Shown here one piece after another: positions 31,309 to 41,112 of a stretch of DNA of 64,000 nt. The position numbers were made by a program, and so were the translations under genes. The stretch comes from a virus, in the IMG/VR virus record IMGVR_UViG_3300000233_000008, positions 4,200 to 68,199 of that record. One strand, 5' to 3'. Below the pieces are notes generated by a model that was given only the letters and a program-made list of their open reading frames with translations, made no database searches and had not been told where the DNA came from. Position 1 is the first letter of the stretch, and every line of letters starts with the position of its first letter.

Positions 31309-32133
31309 TTAGTCGATTTCGAGATTGGCTCTCATGATCTCAGTAAGATCATTCAATGCAGTGTTGCTCAGCTGGCTTGGAGGAGCAATGCCTTCGTCAG
31401 TGCTTCTCTGAACAGTCCAAATGTCAAGCGCAGCCTTGTAGAACTTGTGCTCAGCATCTCTCTTGTAAGAAACAATCTGTTGGTTATAAAGGTCATTCTG
31501 CTTACCAATAGCACCCGCAACCGGTTGACCATCAGAACGCGTGTTAAGAGTTTTAGCTCTGTTGCTTTCCGTTGTCTCATTGATGTTAACCAATGTAGCC
31601 GGCAAAATGTGCGTGTTGTTGTAAGTCTTGCCAAGTGTATCAGCAGTCTTATTAGCAACTTCAGCAGGAAGAACATCACTAAGTTGATAGATCTTAATGT
31701 CTCTGTCTGTCTCTGCCATATCTTTTTTCAATGGAAGAAGATTAGCAAGCTCATACAGGACGGTGTCTCTTTGAGCCACTTTAACTTGATTATCTGTTTC
31801 AATACCAGAAATCTCAGCGTCAATTTTTTCCAATTCTTTTGGAAGAATATTGGCGATTTGGAACTCTTGCATGATGACATCATTTTTAAGCTTTTCGGCT
31901 TGAAGGTATGATGCGTCTTTACCAAGCAAATACTGAATGGCGCCACCGAGAGCAGCACCAGTCATGTTAGCATAAGCATCAGCGTAATCTTTACCAGTAA
32001 TTCTGTTTTCTTTAAATTCTGTTTTAAGGTGCTTGCTAATAGACTCCATAAGAGCGTCAAACATACCAGTACCACCAGGGATTCTGGTAGTAAGCATTGC
32101 TTCTGTTAATTTATCAATTGGATCAACTGGCAT
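31309..32133 (-). CDS. Structural protein (N4 gp54-like)
   Basis: GTGMFDALM...HLKTEF...RITG..YA, GAIGKQ..LY..Q; synteny. Confidence 0.8.
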   Translation of the reverse strand: MPVDPIDKLTEAMLTTRIPGGTGMFDALMESISKHLKTEFKENRITGKDYADAYANMTGAALGGAIQYLLGKDASYLQAEKLKNDVIMQEFQIANILPKELEKIDAEISGIETDNQVKVAQRDTVLYELANLLPLKKDMAETDRDIKIYQLSDVLPAEVANKTADTLGKTYNNTHILPATLVNINETTESNRAKTLNTRSDGQPVAGAIGKQNDLYNQQIVSYKRDAEHKFYKAALDIWTVQRSTDEGIAPPSQLSNTALNDLTEIMRANLEID

Positions 32134-32150
32134 CTTATTCTCCTGAATAA

Positions 32151-32170
32151 GTAGGGGCTAACGCCCCTAC
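32151..32170. promoter_or_regulatory. Hairpin with C-TAAC-G loop (terminator, processing site or vRNAP-type hairpin)
   Basis: GTAGGGGC-TAAC-GCCCCTAC 8-bp perfect stem. Confidence 0.55.
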
Positions 32171-32172
32171 TA

Positions 32173-32787
32173 TTAATTCGTTTGGTCGCCTCTGGAAGCT
32201 TGTGCAGCAGCCAGTCTAGCAAGCTCTTTGTCCGTTAGTGGAGGAAGAATTTCAATACCAAACTCCGGGCTCCATACGTTAACAACAACGCTGTTTTTAG
32301 TGTCGTAATAAGAGTTATCAAATTTACGATCTTTGAGGTTGTTGAGAAGAATGAGTGGAATGTGATAACCATTCTCACCACTGTTCTTATAAGGGATATA
32401 CTTTTTCACAACACCAACAATACCATTGGAAACAGCGAAAATTTCCCCATCCATTTCTTTCTTTTTAGGATTTAAGTTAGAAATGCGAACTCTTACAAGT
32501 TTAAGCTGTTCGGCTTTTTGTTGTGCCATAAGTTGGCCACGAGTAGTTGCAACTTCATTGGAAGCAACTGGTTGACCAGCTGTAAGCTCTTTTTGAGCGT
32601 CTTCTTCTTGCTTGTCAAGGATCTTTTCTTTCAAGCCTTCAATGGTAGTATTGGAACGGTATTTAACACCAAGAATATCAGCTTTACCTTTAAGCAATGC
32701 CAGCTCTTCATCTGGATTAAGTTTCAATTGTTCAACTTGATTGTCAACGGCATTATCGCCAGTTGCGTTAATTTCAGCTTTCTTCAT
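32173..32787 (-). CDS. Conserved hypothetical protein (N4 gp55-like)
   Basis: LKGKADILGVKY, KLVRVRISNLNPKKK, LTDKELARLAAAQ. Confidence 0.8.
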   Translation of the reverse strand: MKKAEINATGDNAVDNQVEQLKLNPDEELALLKGKADILGVKYRSNTTIEGLKEKILDKQEEDAQKELTAGQPVASNEVATTRGQLMAQQKAEQLKLVRVRISNLNPKKKEMDGEIFAVSNGIVGVVKKYIPYKNSGENGYHIPLILLNNLKDRKFDNSYYDTKNSVVVNVWSPEFGIEILPPLTDKELARLAAAQASRGDQTN

Positions 32788-32822
32788 CTCGTTTCCTTTT
32801 TGTAAAGATGTCTATAAGAATA

Positions 32823-32848
32823 AAGGGGGAAGGTTTAACTTCCCCCTT
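32823..32848 (-). terminator. Terminator after major capsid gene
   Basis: AAGGGGGAAG-GTTTAA-CTTCCCCCTT hairpin. Confidence 0.75.
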
Positions 32849-32870
32849 CTGTTAGCATATAGGCTAAAAC

Positions 32871-34070
32871 TTACGCCTTAGCAACCGTCTTAATGAGCGC
32901 AATGCGCTCTGGGCGCTTGGCCAGGAACCCATACCACCAGGAGATGGCAGAGAACCCTGTCTTACCGAACGGGTCGGTCTTGTCAGCAACAGCGTCACCA
33001 GGCATTTTTGTTCTAATCTTGAACTTCATTGCGGTGTCTTTGCCCGAAGATTGGAAGCCAATCGTCACGAAGGCATCGTCACCAACAATAAGAGCTGGGT
33101 AGACGTTGTAGTTAGTACCGTTGTCAAGGTAGCCAAGGTTAGCGCCAGTAGCTACAGCACCTTCACCATCCCAGTAGAACATTTGTGGGTTAACCACAAT
33201 TCTGAACTGGGCAACTTGACCGATTTCACCGTTAAGAATGTTCACTTGCGAAGCATACTTATTGACGGGAACGAAAGCCGGATCACCGTGGAAGTCAGTC
33301 ATCGACATAAAAGTCTTTTCCAGTGGCGAACCAATGTAAAGAATTCTAGCACCGTTTAGAGTAACAGTATCAACAAGCTGCGAACCTTTGATGATTTTCG
33401 TCTTCAGAGGTGTGTGGTTGTCGGTAAGAACTCTGCTGACGCGGATTAGGTCGTCATAGGTAACTTCCGAAGGGATGAGGCCTTCACCAGTAACAGTAGC
33501 GTGCGAAACAGCTGCACCAGCGTAGTGAATTGTGCCGGCGTTAGCAAGCAGGTCTCTCTGAAGAAGGGCTTCGTTAATCTTCGTAGCACCAACCACAGCT
33601 TCTCTCGAAAGATGCTTGTAGAGGTCAGCGTCCGAATCAAACTGATTCATATCTTCAGTGAATTCCCAGAAGAAGCCGCATTCCATAATGGAACCAGAAA
33701 GCGTAACACGCTTGAAGCCAACTCTGTTAACTCTGCCACCGTTTTCACCAAGAACAGGAATAGCACCGTTAATCGTACCAACGTCTTTCGAGGAACCGTA
33801 TAGGTTACCATTGGCGATAGTCACACCAGCAGCGTTAATACCTTGGTCGTTTACGTTACGGTCATCAAGTAGAGGAATGTATTCGTAAACACGGATCTCT
33901 TTACCGTAGTTCTTTGGCATGTTCATAGAGTCAGCCAGAGGACCGAAGTAAACCTCATCCTGCGCTGCGATAACAGCGGCACGATGGTACAGATACGTAT
34001 GCATCTGTTGCGAGCCAGCACCTTCAATCGAGGATGGAGTGCCGTTAGGATTTTTGTATTGCATAGACAT
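32871..34070 (-). CDS. Major capsid protein (N4 gp56-like)
   Basis: MPKNYGKEIRVYEYIPLLDDRNVNDQGINAAG, LYGSSKDVG, ADKTDPFG...WWYG...RPERI. Confidence 0.95.
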   Translation of the reverse strand: MSMQYKNPNGTPSSIEGAGSQQMHTYLYHRAAVIAAQDEVYFGPLADSMNMPKNYGKEIRVYEYIPLLDDRNVNDQGINAAGVTIANGNLYGSSKDVGTINGAIPVLGENGGRVNRVGFKRVTLSGSIMECGFFWEFTEDMNQFDSDADLYKHLSREAVVGATKINEALLQRDLLANAGTIHYAGAAVSHATVTGEGLIPSEVTYDDLIRVSRVLTDNHTPLKTKIIKGSQLVDTVTLNGARILYIGSPLEKTFMSMTDFHGDPAFVPVNKYASQVNILNGEIGQVAQFRIVVNPQMFYWDGEGAVATGANLGYLDNGTNYNVYPALIVGDDAFVTIGFQSSGKDTAMKFKIRTKMPGDAVADKTDPFGKTGFSAISWWYGFLAKRPERIALIKTVAKA

Positions 34071-34093
34071 GATTAATTTCCTTTTTCTTGTCT

Positions 34094-35287
34094 TTACTTA
34101 ATAAACTTCATTAACTCTTCATCACTCATCTTAAGTGGGTCAAAGTTTTGTTTTGTTTTGACTTGGCCTGTAGGAGAAGCTGCTGCTCTCTTTGCGGCGC
34201 TGTCATCTCTCTGTTGCGGCTTACCTGCTCTGGTGTCGAGGATTTTAGCGGCGTTATTAACTGGTTTAACTAAGCTATCAAACTTACCGGCTTTATTAAA
34301 CTCATCACCAATTGCTTGGTATGCTTGTAAGAAAGGAATGTTTCTAGGAAGTTTGCCCAAAATCTGGCGTCTTTCGATCTCACTAGCAATGGCATGATAA
34401 ATACCGTTTTGCATTTGAGCATCAATAAGCTTGACCAATAGTGGCTCTTTAATCAGCTCGTTCTTAGACTGGTCATCCCAAGTCTGGTTGATTGTTTGAA
34501 CAGCTTGCAGACCGTTTGTTGAGAATTCGACGACTTCATCAATAACGTCTTGTAAAGCTTGTTTACTATCATCCACTTGTGGCACATTAGTTTTATACTG
34601 GCTGCCTCTTTTACTATCTAGGTCTAATGGATCAATTTTGCTATCTAATAATAGCTTTTCTACTGCATCTTTTTTATGATTTTTTAAGTCAATTAAGAAA
34701 CCAATTTCGTTAATATCATTAATATTGTTTTCTTTCAACAGCTTAACTAATTTTAACGAAGGTGCAATTTCTTGCATTTTTTTCGTATAATTAGAACCCA
34801 TTTGCATCAAAGATACAGCTTCTTCAACCGAAGATGGCTTAAACTTTTTACCATTAGCAACAAACTCACCCATTAATTGATTATAAGCTTGCTCATAATT
34901 AACAGGTTCTTGTTTTGTGGCTTCATCCTTTTTAGCAGTTTGCTCAGGTGTTTTGGCTGTATCATCAACCTTTGGCTCTGTACCTTTTAGTAGAGCAGCA
35001 TTAAGCTTTTCTTCCAAGGTTTGGCTTTTAGAAGTGCGATCCAATTTAAAGTCATTTGGGTCAAATACATCGTCTTGACCGTTTTCCCCAGCAGCTAGTG
35101 TATCATCGCCATTGCCATCTAATGTGTCATCGCCTTGACCGGCTTGAACAGTGTCATCCTGATTTGCGTTAATAACAGCATCTGGATCAGATTCTACCTT
35201 GGTGCTATCAATATCAAAATCGTCATCAGTCTGGTCTGCCATTCTAAGCAGCTCTTCGTCAGTCATGTTAAAAATGTCTTTATCCAT
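34094..35287 (-). CDS. N4 gp57-like (scaffold/tape-measure) protein
   Basis: Acidic N-terminus, FVANGKKF, LMQMGSNYTKKMQ, MSDEE ends. Confidence 0.8.
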   Translation of the reverse strand: MDKDIFNMTDEELLRMADQTDDDFDIDSTKVESDPDAVINANQDDTVQAGQGDDTLDGNGDDTLAAGENGQDDVFDPNDFKLDRTSKSQTLEEKLNAALLKGTEPKVDDTAKTPEQTAKKDEATKQEPVNYEQAYNQLMGEFVANGKKFKPSSVEEAVSLMQMGSNYTKKMQEIAPSLKLVKLLKENNINDINEIGFLIDLKNHKKDAVEKLLLDSKIDPLDLDSKRGSQYKTNVPQVDDSKQALQDVIDEVVEFSTNGLQAVQTINQTWDDQSKNELIKEPLLVKLIDAQMQNGIYHAIASEIERRQILGKLPRNIPFLQAYQAIGDEFNKAGKFDSLVKPVNNAAKILDTRAGKPQQRDDSAAKRAAASPTGQVKTKQNFDPLKMSDEELMKFIK

Positions 35288-35604
35288 TATTCTTCTCCAT
35301 AATATTGATTATCAAAGACGGATTCTGCCAAGGCTTCTTTGGCAGCTTTTCCTTCATAGGCTACTTTCTTTAAGTAATTATGGAGATATGAAATGCTTTG
35401 AATTTCCTGCTGTATCAATCCCCAGTTGTCACGAAGATTGATATTAAAAGAATGTTCCACAAGTCTTGCGGCCTCTTCTTTAAATAATCCATCAGTAATC
35501 AAAGATTTGAAATCACTGTTACTGAGCAACCTTTCGAGACTTGAAGCAACCAAGACCTTTTGTCTGGCTACTTCTTTAGCTTCCTCGAGTTCTTTATCAA
35601 ACAT
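35287..35604 (-). CDS. N4 gp58-like protein
   Basis: LERLLSNSDFKSLITDGLF; lies between portal and gp57. Confidence 0.78.
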   Translation of the reverse strand: MFDKELEEAKEVARQKVLVASSLERLLSNSDFKSLITDGLFKEEAARLVEHSFNINLRDNWGLIQQEIQSISYLHNYLKKVAYEGKAAKEALAESVFDNQYYGEE

Positions 35605-35662
35605 GTTTCTTCCTTTTGTTGAATGATTGAGCGGCTATAACCGCTCAATCTTATTCAAAAAT

Positions 35663-37849
35663 TTATATAGTGTCTTTTGTCATATAATTAAAACCAATTG
35701 CTTCATTAATGTTTTGAGGAGTAATTCCGCCTTCTTTGGTTTTAGGAGCCAACAGAGCTTTGGTAATTTCCAACTCTTTGTTGCCTTGTGCCTGAGCTTG
35801 AGCTTTGTCAAGGTCACGCAGGTGCGTAGTGCCTGTTTCGTCTTCCATAAATTTAAGATCTTTAAGGTCAGCTTCCGAAGCTGCTTTTCTCGCTTCTGCT
35901 TGGTGTCTAACAGCTCTAGCTTTAAACTCTTCTGCTCTTGCCATCGATTCAGCAATCTTAGCTTCAATCTCAGCAATCTCCAACTCTTGCATTTTTTCAG
36001 CAACAGGGTTAGGTGGAGGAGAATAGTTAAGAATAGCGTGCTCAACAGCCGGCATTCTTTTTAATCTGGCAAGCTCTGCTAACCAAATCTTAGTAATGTC
36101 AAAAGGCATGTTATTACCAATAGTTTGTAACAGCATACCAATGTCTTGCGCTTTGGCATTATCCTGCTCTTCAGGTGCTGTATCAACTTTTAAGTTAAAC
36201 TCGCCCTCAAGATCTTCTGGTCTAATTCTTACGTATTGTTCATTAGTAACTTGAACCACTTCGTCTTCTGTTAAGAAAACTCCATTCATAGATACAATAA
36301 ACTTACCGACTTGCTCTAGACCTTGGCAAAGACGTCTGACAATAGACATCTCTCTTTTACCAGAAGCAGAGAGCATACCTTTAATACCAGATGCTACATT
36401 ACCAAACGAAGCAGAATTTAAGCCTTGATCAAAAGATTTAACACCAGTCATAGATTCCGCATCGGCATTCTGAATTTGAAGCATAGTCAAAGCGGACTGA
36501 GGAATTTCAGGAAATTTATGTTGGTAGAATGTTTTAGATGGGTCTCCACCATTTGGATTAAACTCGTAATCCAAGCCAGCCTCAAATCTCTTTCTGTTAA
36601 CAGTGTCAAGAGCCTGTTTCGCGTAACCTGTCTGACCGTTAGCAGATCTACCCATAAGGTCAATCATGCCTCTCATCAGGGCGCCTTGAATAGACTGGTT
36701 ATCAATCAGAAGCTCAGCATCTGTATCACCGTGGTAAGCATCAACAATAGGAAGATACGACACAACCACAATAGGAATTTTCTTGTGTGGGTATGGGTTC
36801 TCTTCCATTCTAATCATTGTCTGACCAATCCAGGTAGCAACAATAGGAATTAACTCGCCAGTTCCATAAATATCATACTCACCCCAATACTCGTAAGCCA
36901 TAACTTTTTTACGAGCCAAGTCCTTAAATTGAGTAGTATCGTCATACGATTTTTGAGTATCTGGCGTGTAAATGGAAGCGTTAGAATTCCAATCCACTGC
37001 GTCAAGGTTAGAATAAACACCAGCTTTCTCACAAGCAGCTTTGCTTGTTTCAAAAGCAAGAACAGCAAAGTTAGCTTTGCTAAGTTTGCCCAGCGCAGTT
37101 GGATCTAAATAAAGATTAGCTTCATTAATAAAATCTACCGTAGGGCAGTTTTCAATAACTTTTTCTACTTCTACTTCTTGCTCGCCAATCTGAATAGCAA
37201 TGGCCGGCTGACCAGTCTCCATAGAATAGTCAACGGAAGCTTTTACGCTTTCATCTAAATGCTCAAAATCTTGTGGATTAGACTGTTTTAATTGAACAGC
37301 TGCTTGTAGCATTTGAAGTTCTTCTTCTGCTTCAACAGCCATATACTGCCAAACAGGAACAACTTCTGTAACCATCTTTGTTACACGTTTCCAACCAACA
37401 CGGATAGAGCACATACCTTTATCAACAAGAGTGCGAACATACTCATCAATAAACTTTACTTTATCAATCTTTGTGCTGAATTGGTAGTTAAGTAATAGCT
37501 CGTTTTGTTTAGCATTAGCGCTATCCTCAAAACTAACGCCATTAACAGTAAACAGCTTTTCTGCTGAAAGAAATGGCTCAGATAACCCAGGGTATCTCCA
37601 TTCATTTTGCTTACGAATAAGTTTGGGCTGTATCGAAGATCTACCTTCAATTTTCTTTGGCTTGTATTTACCTTCAACATTTTTAGCGTCAAGGCTGTTA
37701 TTAATCTTACTTACGACTTCATCGTGGTAAGGTTTAGCAATAGCCAGATCGCCCTCTAAATCACCAACAGATGGTTCATTTTCCCAATCAGTTAGCTTAG
37801 GGGCATCTCCGCTTGCAGCGGCATCAATTCTTTCTTCTAATGTGTCCAT
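35663..37849 (-). CDS. Portal protein (N4 gp59-like)
   Basis: KLTDWENEPS, GRSSIQPKLIRKQNEWRYPGLSEPFLS, RMEENPYP, GMIDLMGRSANGQ. Confidence 0.93.
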   Translation of the reverse strand: MDTLEERIDAAASGDAPKLTDWENEPSVGDLEGDLAIAKPYHDEVVSKINNSLDAKNVEGKYKPKKIEGRSSIQPKLIRKQNEWRYPGLSEPFLSAEKLFTVNGVSFEDSANAKQNELLLNYQFSTKIDKVKFIDEYVRTLVDKGMCSIRVGWKRVTKMVTEVVPVWQYMAVEAEEELQMLQAAVQLKQSNPQDFEHLDESVKASVDYSMETGQPAIAIQIGEQEVEVEKVIENCPTVDFINEANLYLDPTALGKLSKANFAVLAFETSKAACEKAGVYSNLDAVDWNSNASIYTPDTQKSYDDTTQFKDLARKKVMAYEYWGEYDIYGTGELIPIVATWIGQTMIRMEENPYPHKKIPIVVVSYLPIVDAYHGDTDAELLIDNQSIQGALMRGMIDLMGRSANGQTGYAKQALDTVNRKRFEAGLDYEFNPNGGDPSKTFYQHKFPEIPQSALTMLQIQNADAESMTGVKSFDQGLNSASFGNVASGIKGMLSASGKREMSIVRRLCQGLEQVGKFIVSMNGVFLTEDEVVQVTNEQYVRIRPEDLEGEFNLKVDTAPEEQDNAKAQDIGMLLQTIGNNMPFDITKIWLAELARLKRMPAVEHAILNYSPPPNPVAEKMQELEIAEIEAKIAESMARAEEFKARAVRHQAEARKAASEADLKDLKFMEDETGTTHLRDLDKAQAQAQGNKELEITKALLAPKTKEGGITPQNINEAIGFNYMTKDTI

Positions 37850-37850
37850 T

Positions 37851-38573
37851 TTAGCCTCTGCCTAAATATTTGTTTTGTCTGCTAATCACGTGTTCTTTAG
37901 CAGGTCTAAGGAAATGCTGAACCATGCCAGCAGCAAATTCACCCTCAGTAGCAGCATTGGCAAATTTATTCCAGTTTGCTTTTTCGGTGTTTTGAGTTTC
38001 CCACTTGTAAAAGTCTAATTGACTATCAACAGACCAAAGATCTTTTCTCCCGCTCTGCTCCATCATTCTTAAATAGTCATTTCTTCTTCCAACACCCTGT
38101 GCGTTGTCCGTAAGTTGGTAAAGGCCCTGGCCTCTGGTTCCCATTACGTTAGGCTTACCTTCCGTAATATCAGCAACCAAACCGCTCTCATCTTTAAAGT
38201 TCATTAATGAACCCTTAGCTTGGACAGGAGTAAAACCTCTAGCAAGCAAACCTTCGTAAATAACTTGTTCGTTCACTGGCATCCCTTTATTTGTTTGAGC
38301 TGGAGCTTGACCAAATCCACCAATACTTCCTGCGTAACCTTGCTGGCTATTTTGGGGAGTAGCTTGCGCAGCTGCTTGCTCACCGTTAAATTTAGCAATA
38401 GCTTCGGCTCTGCTTTGCTGAGCTGCTTTTTCTTGCGCTTGCTGCTTAATACCATTACTAAAATCGGTTAAACCTTGAAAAGCATTTGCATTGCTACGAG
38501 CAGCCGCATCCATAGCCCCAGAGCTAAACGCAGCGATTTGAGAAATATCAACTGTTGGATTAGGGAGAGCCAT
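37851..38573 (-). CDS. Virion-associated phage tail lysozyme-like protein
   Basis: C-terminal LLARGFTPVQAKGSLMNFKDESG...GQGLYQLT...SQLDF...FLRP fits the tail-lysozyme fold; Ala/Gln-rich N-terminus; no Cys. Confidence 0.75.
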   Translation of the reverse strand: MALPNPTVDISQIAAFSSGAMDAAARSNANAFQGLTDFSNGIKQQAQEKAAQQSRAEAIAKFNGEQAAAQATPQNSQQGYAGSIGGFGQAPAQTNKGMPVNEQVIYEGLLARGFTPVQAKGSLMNFKDESGLVADITEGKPNVMGTRGQGLYQLTDNAQGVGRRNDYLRMMEQSGRKDLWSVDSQLDFYKWETQNTEKANWNKFANAATEGEFAAGMVQHFLRPAKEHVISRQNKYLGRG

Positions 38574-38579
38574 AGTAAA

Positions 38580-38620
38580 TTCCTTTTACTTTATTTAGTG
38601 ATCTTATAGTTAATGTCAAA
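38580..38620 (-). promoter_or_regulatory. Candidate sigma70 late promoter
   Basis: On the - strand TTGACA-N16-TAAATA upstream of the lysozyme/portal operon. Confidence 0.45.
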
Positions 38621-38634
38621 GCAGACATTATGCT

Positions 38635-38991
38635 TTACATTTCTAATGCCTGAATTTCAGCAATGCCTTCTTCTTCTGTCAAATCCCCGTTTAAGACAAG
38701 AGCCTCAATATGCTGAAGAGACATAAGTTTTTGGTAAAAACCAACCCAAGTAATCATGCCACCCGCTACAAATTCATACCCAAAGGATTTAGGGGGAATA
38801 TTAGCCAGCACTTCTGGCGGAAGCATTGCCTGTAATTCTGGCTCATCATGAATACCAGCAGCAAGACCCAATAGAAATATTTTTCTATCCAATGCCATTG
38901 TAGACACTGGTTGGCTTTCCAACCAAATATTAATATCAGCGTATTTCAATGCATACGCCATTTGAAAATCAATGCTTAATTCTTGTTCCAT
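38635..38991 (-). CDS. Hypothetical protein (possible tail fibre chaperone)
   Basis: Directly downstream of the tail fibre gene; GGA RBS. Confidence 0.65.
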   Translation of the reverse strand: MEQELSIDFQMAYALKYADINIWLESQPVSTMALDRKIFLLGLAAGIHDEPELQAMLPPEVLANIPPKSFGYEFVAGGMITWVGFYQKLMSLQHIEALVLNGDLTEEEGIAEIQALEM

Positions 38992-39000
38992 TTTATTTCC

Positions 39001-41103
39001 TTATCTGTAAAATTTAACAGTTGCCATCTGCATGCCGTTAGGTGTAGCAGTGTAGGCAGTAGTCCCGTTATGAATAAATACCAATCTAATATCGGTCGCC
39101 CCTTCTACATCGCAACTCGCAGAACCTCCAAAAAGTATTCCGGTTGTTCCGGCGGACGCTTGAATTAGTATAGTACCTGTGCTGTCATTTTTAATTTCAT
39201 AATAAGCTGTAACACCGTTGTAACCGGGGATAACAAACCCAAAGTTAAACTCAATTGTTTTACACCCTAATGGAACAGAAATAACTCCTGTAAAACTATT
39301 GATTGAACCTACCGATCCAGTGGTATTTGAGTATACACAACCAGTTAATAAATTAGTAGCTCCTGCCGATAGCCTGCCCAATAATACGTTACTCGTCCTT
39401 TTTAAATTGGCTATTCCCATAAGAATAGGTGTTTCAGGAACAGGAATGTCTGTTGAATCAACAACGGCTTCCACTTCTAACCAACAAGCGTCATCATGCT
39501 CACCTGTTAAAGAAGTGGCGCTATTAAACACACCGTTTAATGTAATAATATCACCAGGCAATACTTCTACAACAGAAGCCACCCCACTTAAATAGTGCGT
39601 TACGCTAACGCCGTTTTGGATACCCAAATATTTTTTTAAAATAGATCCACTTCTTACAATGTTTGCCCAAATTGCAGCACCTGCCCCACCAGTTGTAATC
39701 AACCTGCCATGAACTTTTACATTTACAAATTTAACTCCCGGAGGAATTACAATACCATTTGATACTGTTTGAGCAGCAGAAAAACCAGGAGAAACTTTTG
39801 TAATGTTTGGAAGATTTATTTGGCGCTCGCCGGCCCCGCCGGCCTGAGCGGCGTTTGCTCTTCTAATGCAACCATTCCAATAAGCAGTAGCTCCTCTGTT
39901 ATTTACAGAAGGATCTGGTAATACAATATTTTCACTTTGTTCCGCAGTATAAAACTCAATAGACCCAGTTGTATTTGCTATTTGCGCTGTATAATTACTA
40001 GTTGCCATGTATACAGCAATACCAACGCTAGTTAATCCTTCGCAGTTAAAAGCAAAGCTTTCTGTAACACCAACACTCGTTGAATACTCAGTTAAGTTAC
40101 TAATACTGGCGCCGTTTTTAGTCAATTTAACGTAAGCAGGTGCGGATGTTCTGCCGTTGTTGTGCATTTGTAAGCGTATAACGCCATACTTTGCTTTTGC
40201 TGGAACAGCAATTAAACCCGTAGTAGGGTTTAAAATCCCAGGGTCCCCTAAGCTACCCTCCATGGCGCAGTTTCTAAAAACTTCCTGATACACGTTTGCT
40301 GTAAACAATGTATTTACTGTTCTTTTGATTTCAGCAAACCCTAAAAAGTTAGATTTACCTTGAGTAACGACAGATGAAACTTCTCCAAATAATTCATAAG
40401 AACCAACGTTCCAAGTATATGTTAAATCAGATCTCAGCGTGTATGCTGAGCTAAATCTAATCATAATTCCAATTAATTCACCGGGGGTGACTTTAAAAAT
40501 ATCACCAGTAACTGGAGTAACAGCGCCACCATTGCTTGCGGAAAAAGAGTATTGCATAGTTAAATCTTCGCCCATACCGTTCACTGCCTTGATACGAATA
40601 TAGCTGTTTACTGGAACATCACCAATAAACTGAGAAGTGCTTAATCTAATGTATTCCACACCAGTTGGAACAACAAAATAGCCATTGCTATCTAGTGTTA
40701 CGACAGTTCCTGTATCATCTTCAATGACACAATTTCTTAGCATGCTTACAAAAACGTTTGCAGCACAAACTAAATCTGCTGTTCTTTTAATTCTACCGAA
40801 GCCCTTAAGTGCTGACGGGGCAAATGTACCAGAAGCTACACCAGTGGCGGGACCTTTAACGAGCATATAAGCATCACCAGTACCAGCGAACCATAGATAG
40901 CTACCAGCCGGCACAGTAACGGTAAACTCAGCGCCCATTAATACTTTAGGAGCAGTCACAACAGTTGTAGCAGGAATTCCACTAGTAGGTGTAATAACAT
41001 AGCTAATATCATTAGTAACAGCTTTGATAACAACCTGCCTTTCAACGGTTGTATCAAATCTGTTATCAGTATTCCAGCCAACGTCTAAAGTATACTTTCT
41101 CAT
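39001..41103 (-). CDS. Tail fibre/receptor-binding protein with four tandem beta-sandwich repeats
   Basis: Repeated G-x-x-x-I-K-R...N-C...(G)-x-x-x-V-P-x-G modules about 150 aa apart; tail region. Confidence 0.7.
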   Translation of the reverse strand: MRKYTLDVGWNTDNRFDTTVERQVVIKAVTNDISYVITPTSGIPATTVVTAPKVLMGAEFTVTVPAGSYLWFAGTGDAYMLVKGPATGVASGTFAPSALKGFGRIKRTADLVCAANVFVSMLRNCVIEDDTGTVVTLDSNGYFVVPTGVEYIRLSTSQFIGDVPVNSYIRIKAVNGMGEDLTMQYSFSASNGGAVTPVTGDIFKVTPGELIGIMIRFSSAYTLRSDLTYTWNVGSYELFGEVSSVVTQGKSNFLGFAEIKRTVNTLFTANVYQEVFRNCAMEGSLGDPGILNPTTGLIAVPAKAKYGVIRLQMHNNGRTSAPAYVKLTKNGASISNLTEYSTSVGVTESFAFNCEGLTSVGIAVYMATSNYTAQIANTTGSIEFYTAEQSENIVLPDPSVNNRGATAYWNGCIRRANAAQAGGAGERQINLPNITKVSPGFSAAQTVSNGIVIPPGVKFVNVKVHGRLITTGGAGAAIWANIVRSGSILKKYLGIQNGVSVTHYLSGVASVVEVLPGDIITLNGVFNSATSLTGEHDDACWLEVEAVVDSTDIPVPETPILMGIANLKRTSNVLLGRLSAGATNLLTGCVYSNTTGSVGSINSFTGVISVPLGCKTIEFNFGFVIPGYNGVTAYYEIKNDSTGTILIQASAGTTGILFGGSASCDVEGATDIRLVFIHNGTTAYTATPNGMQMATVKFYR

Positions 41104-41112
41104 TCCAACCTC

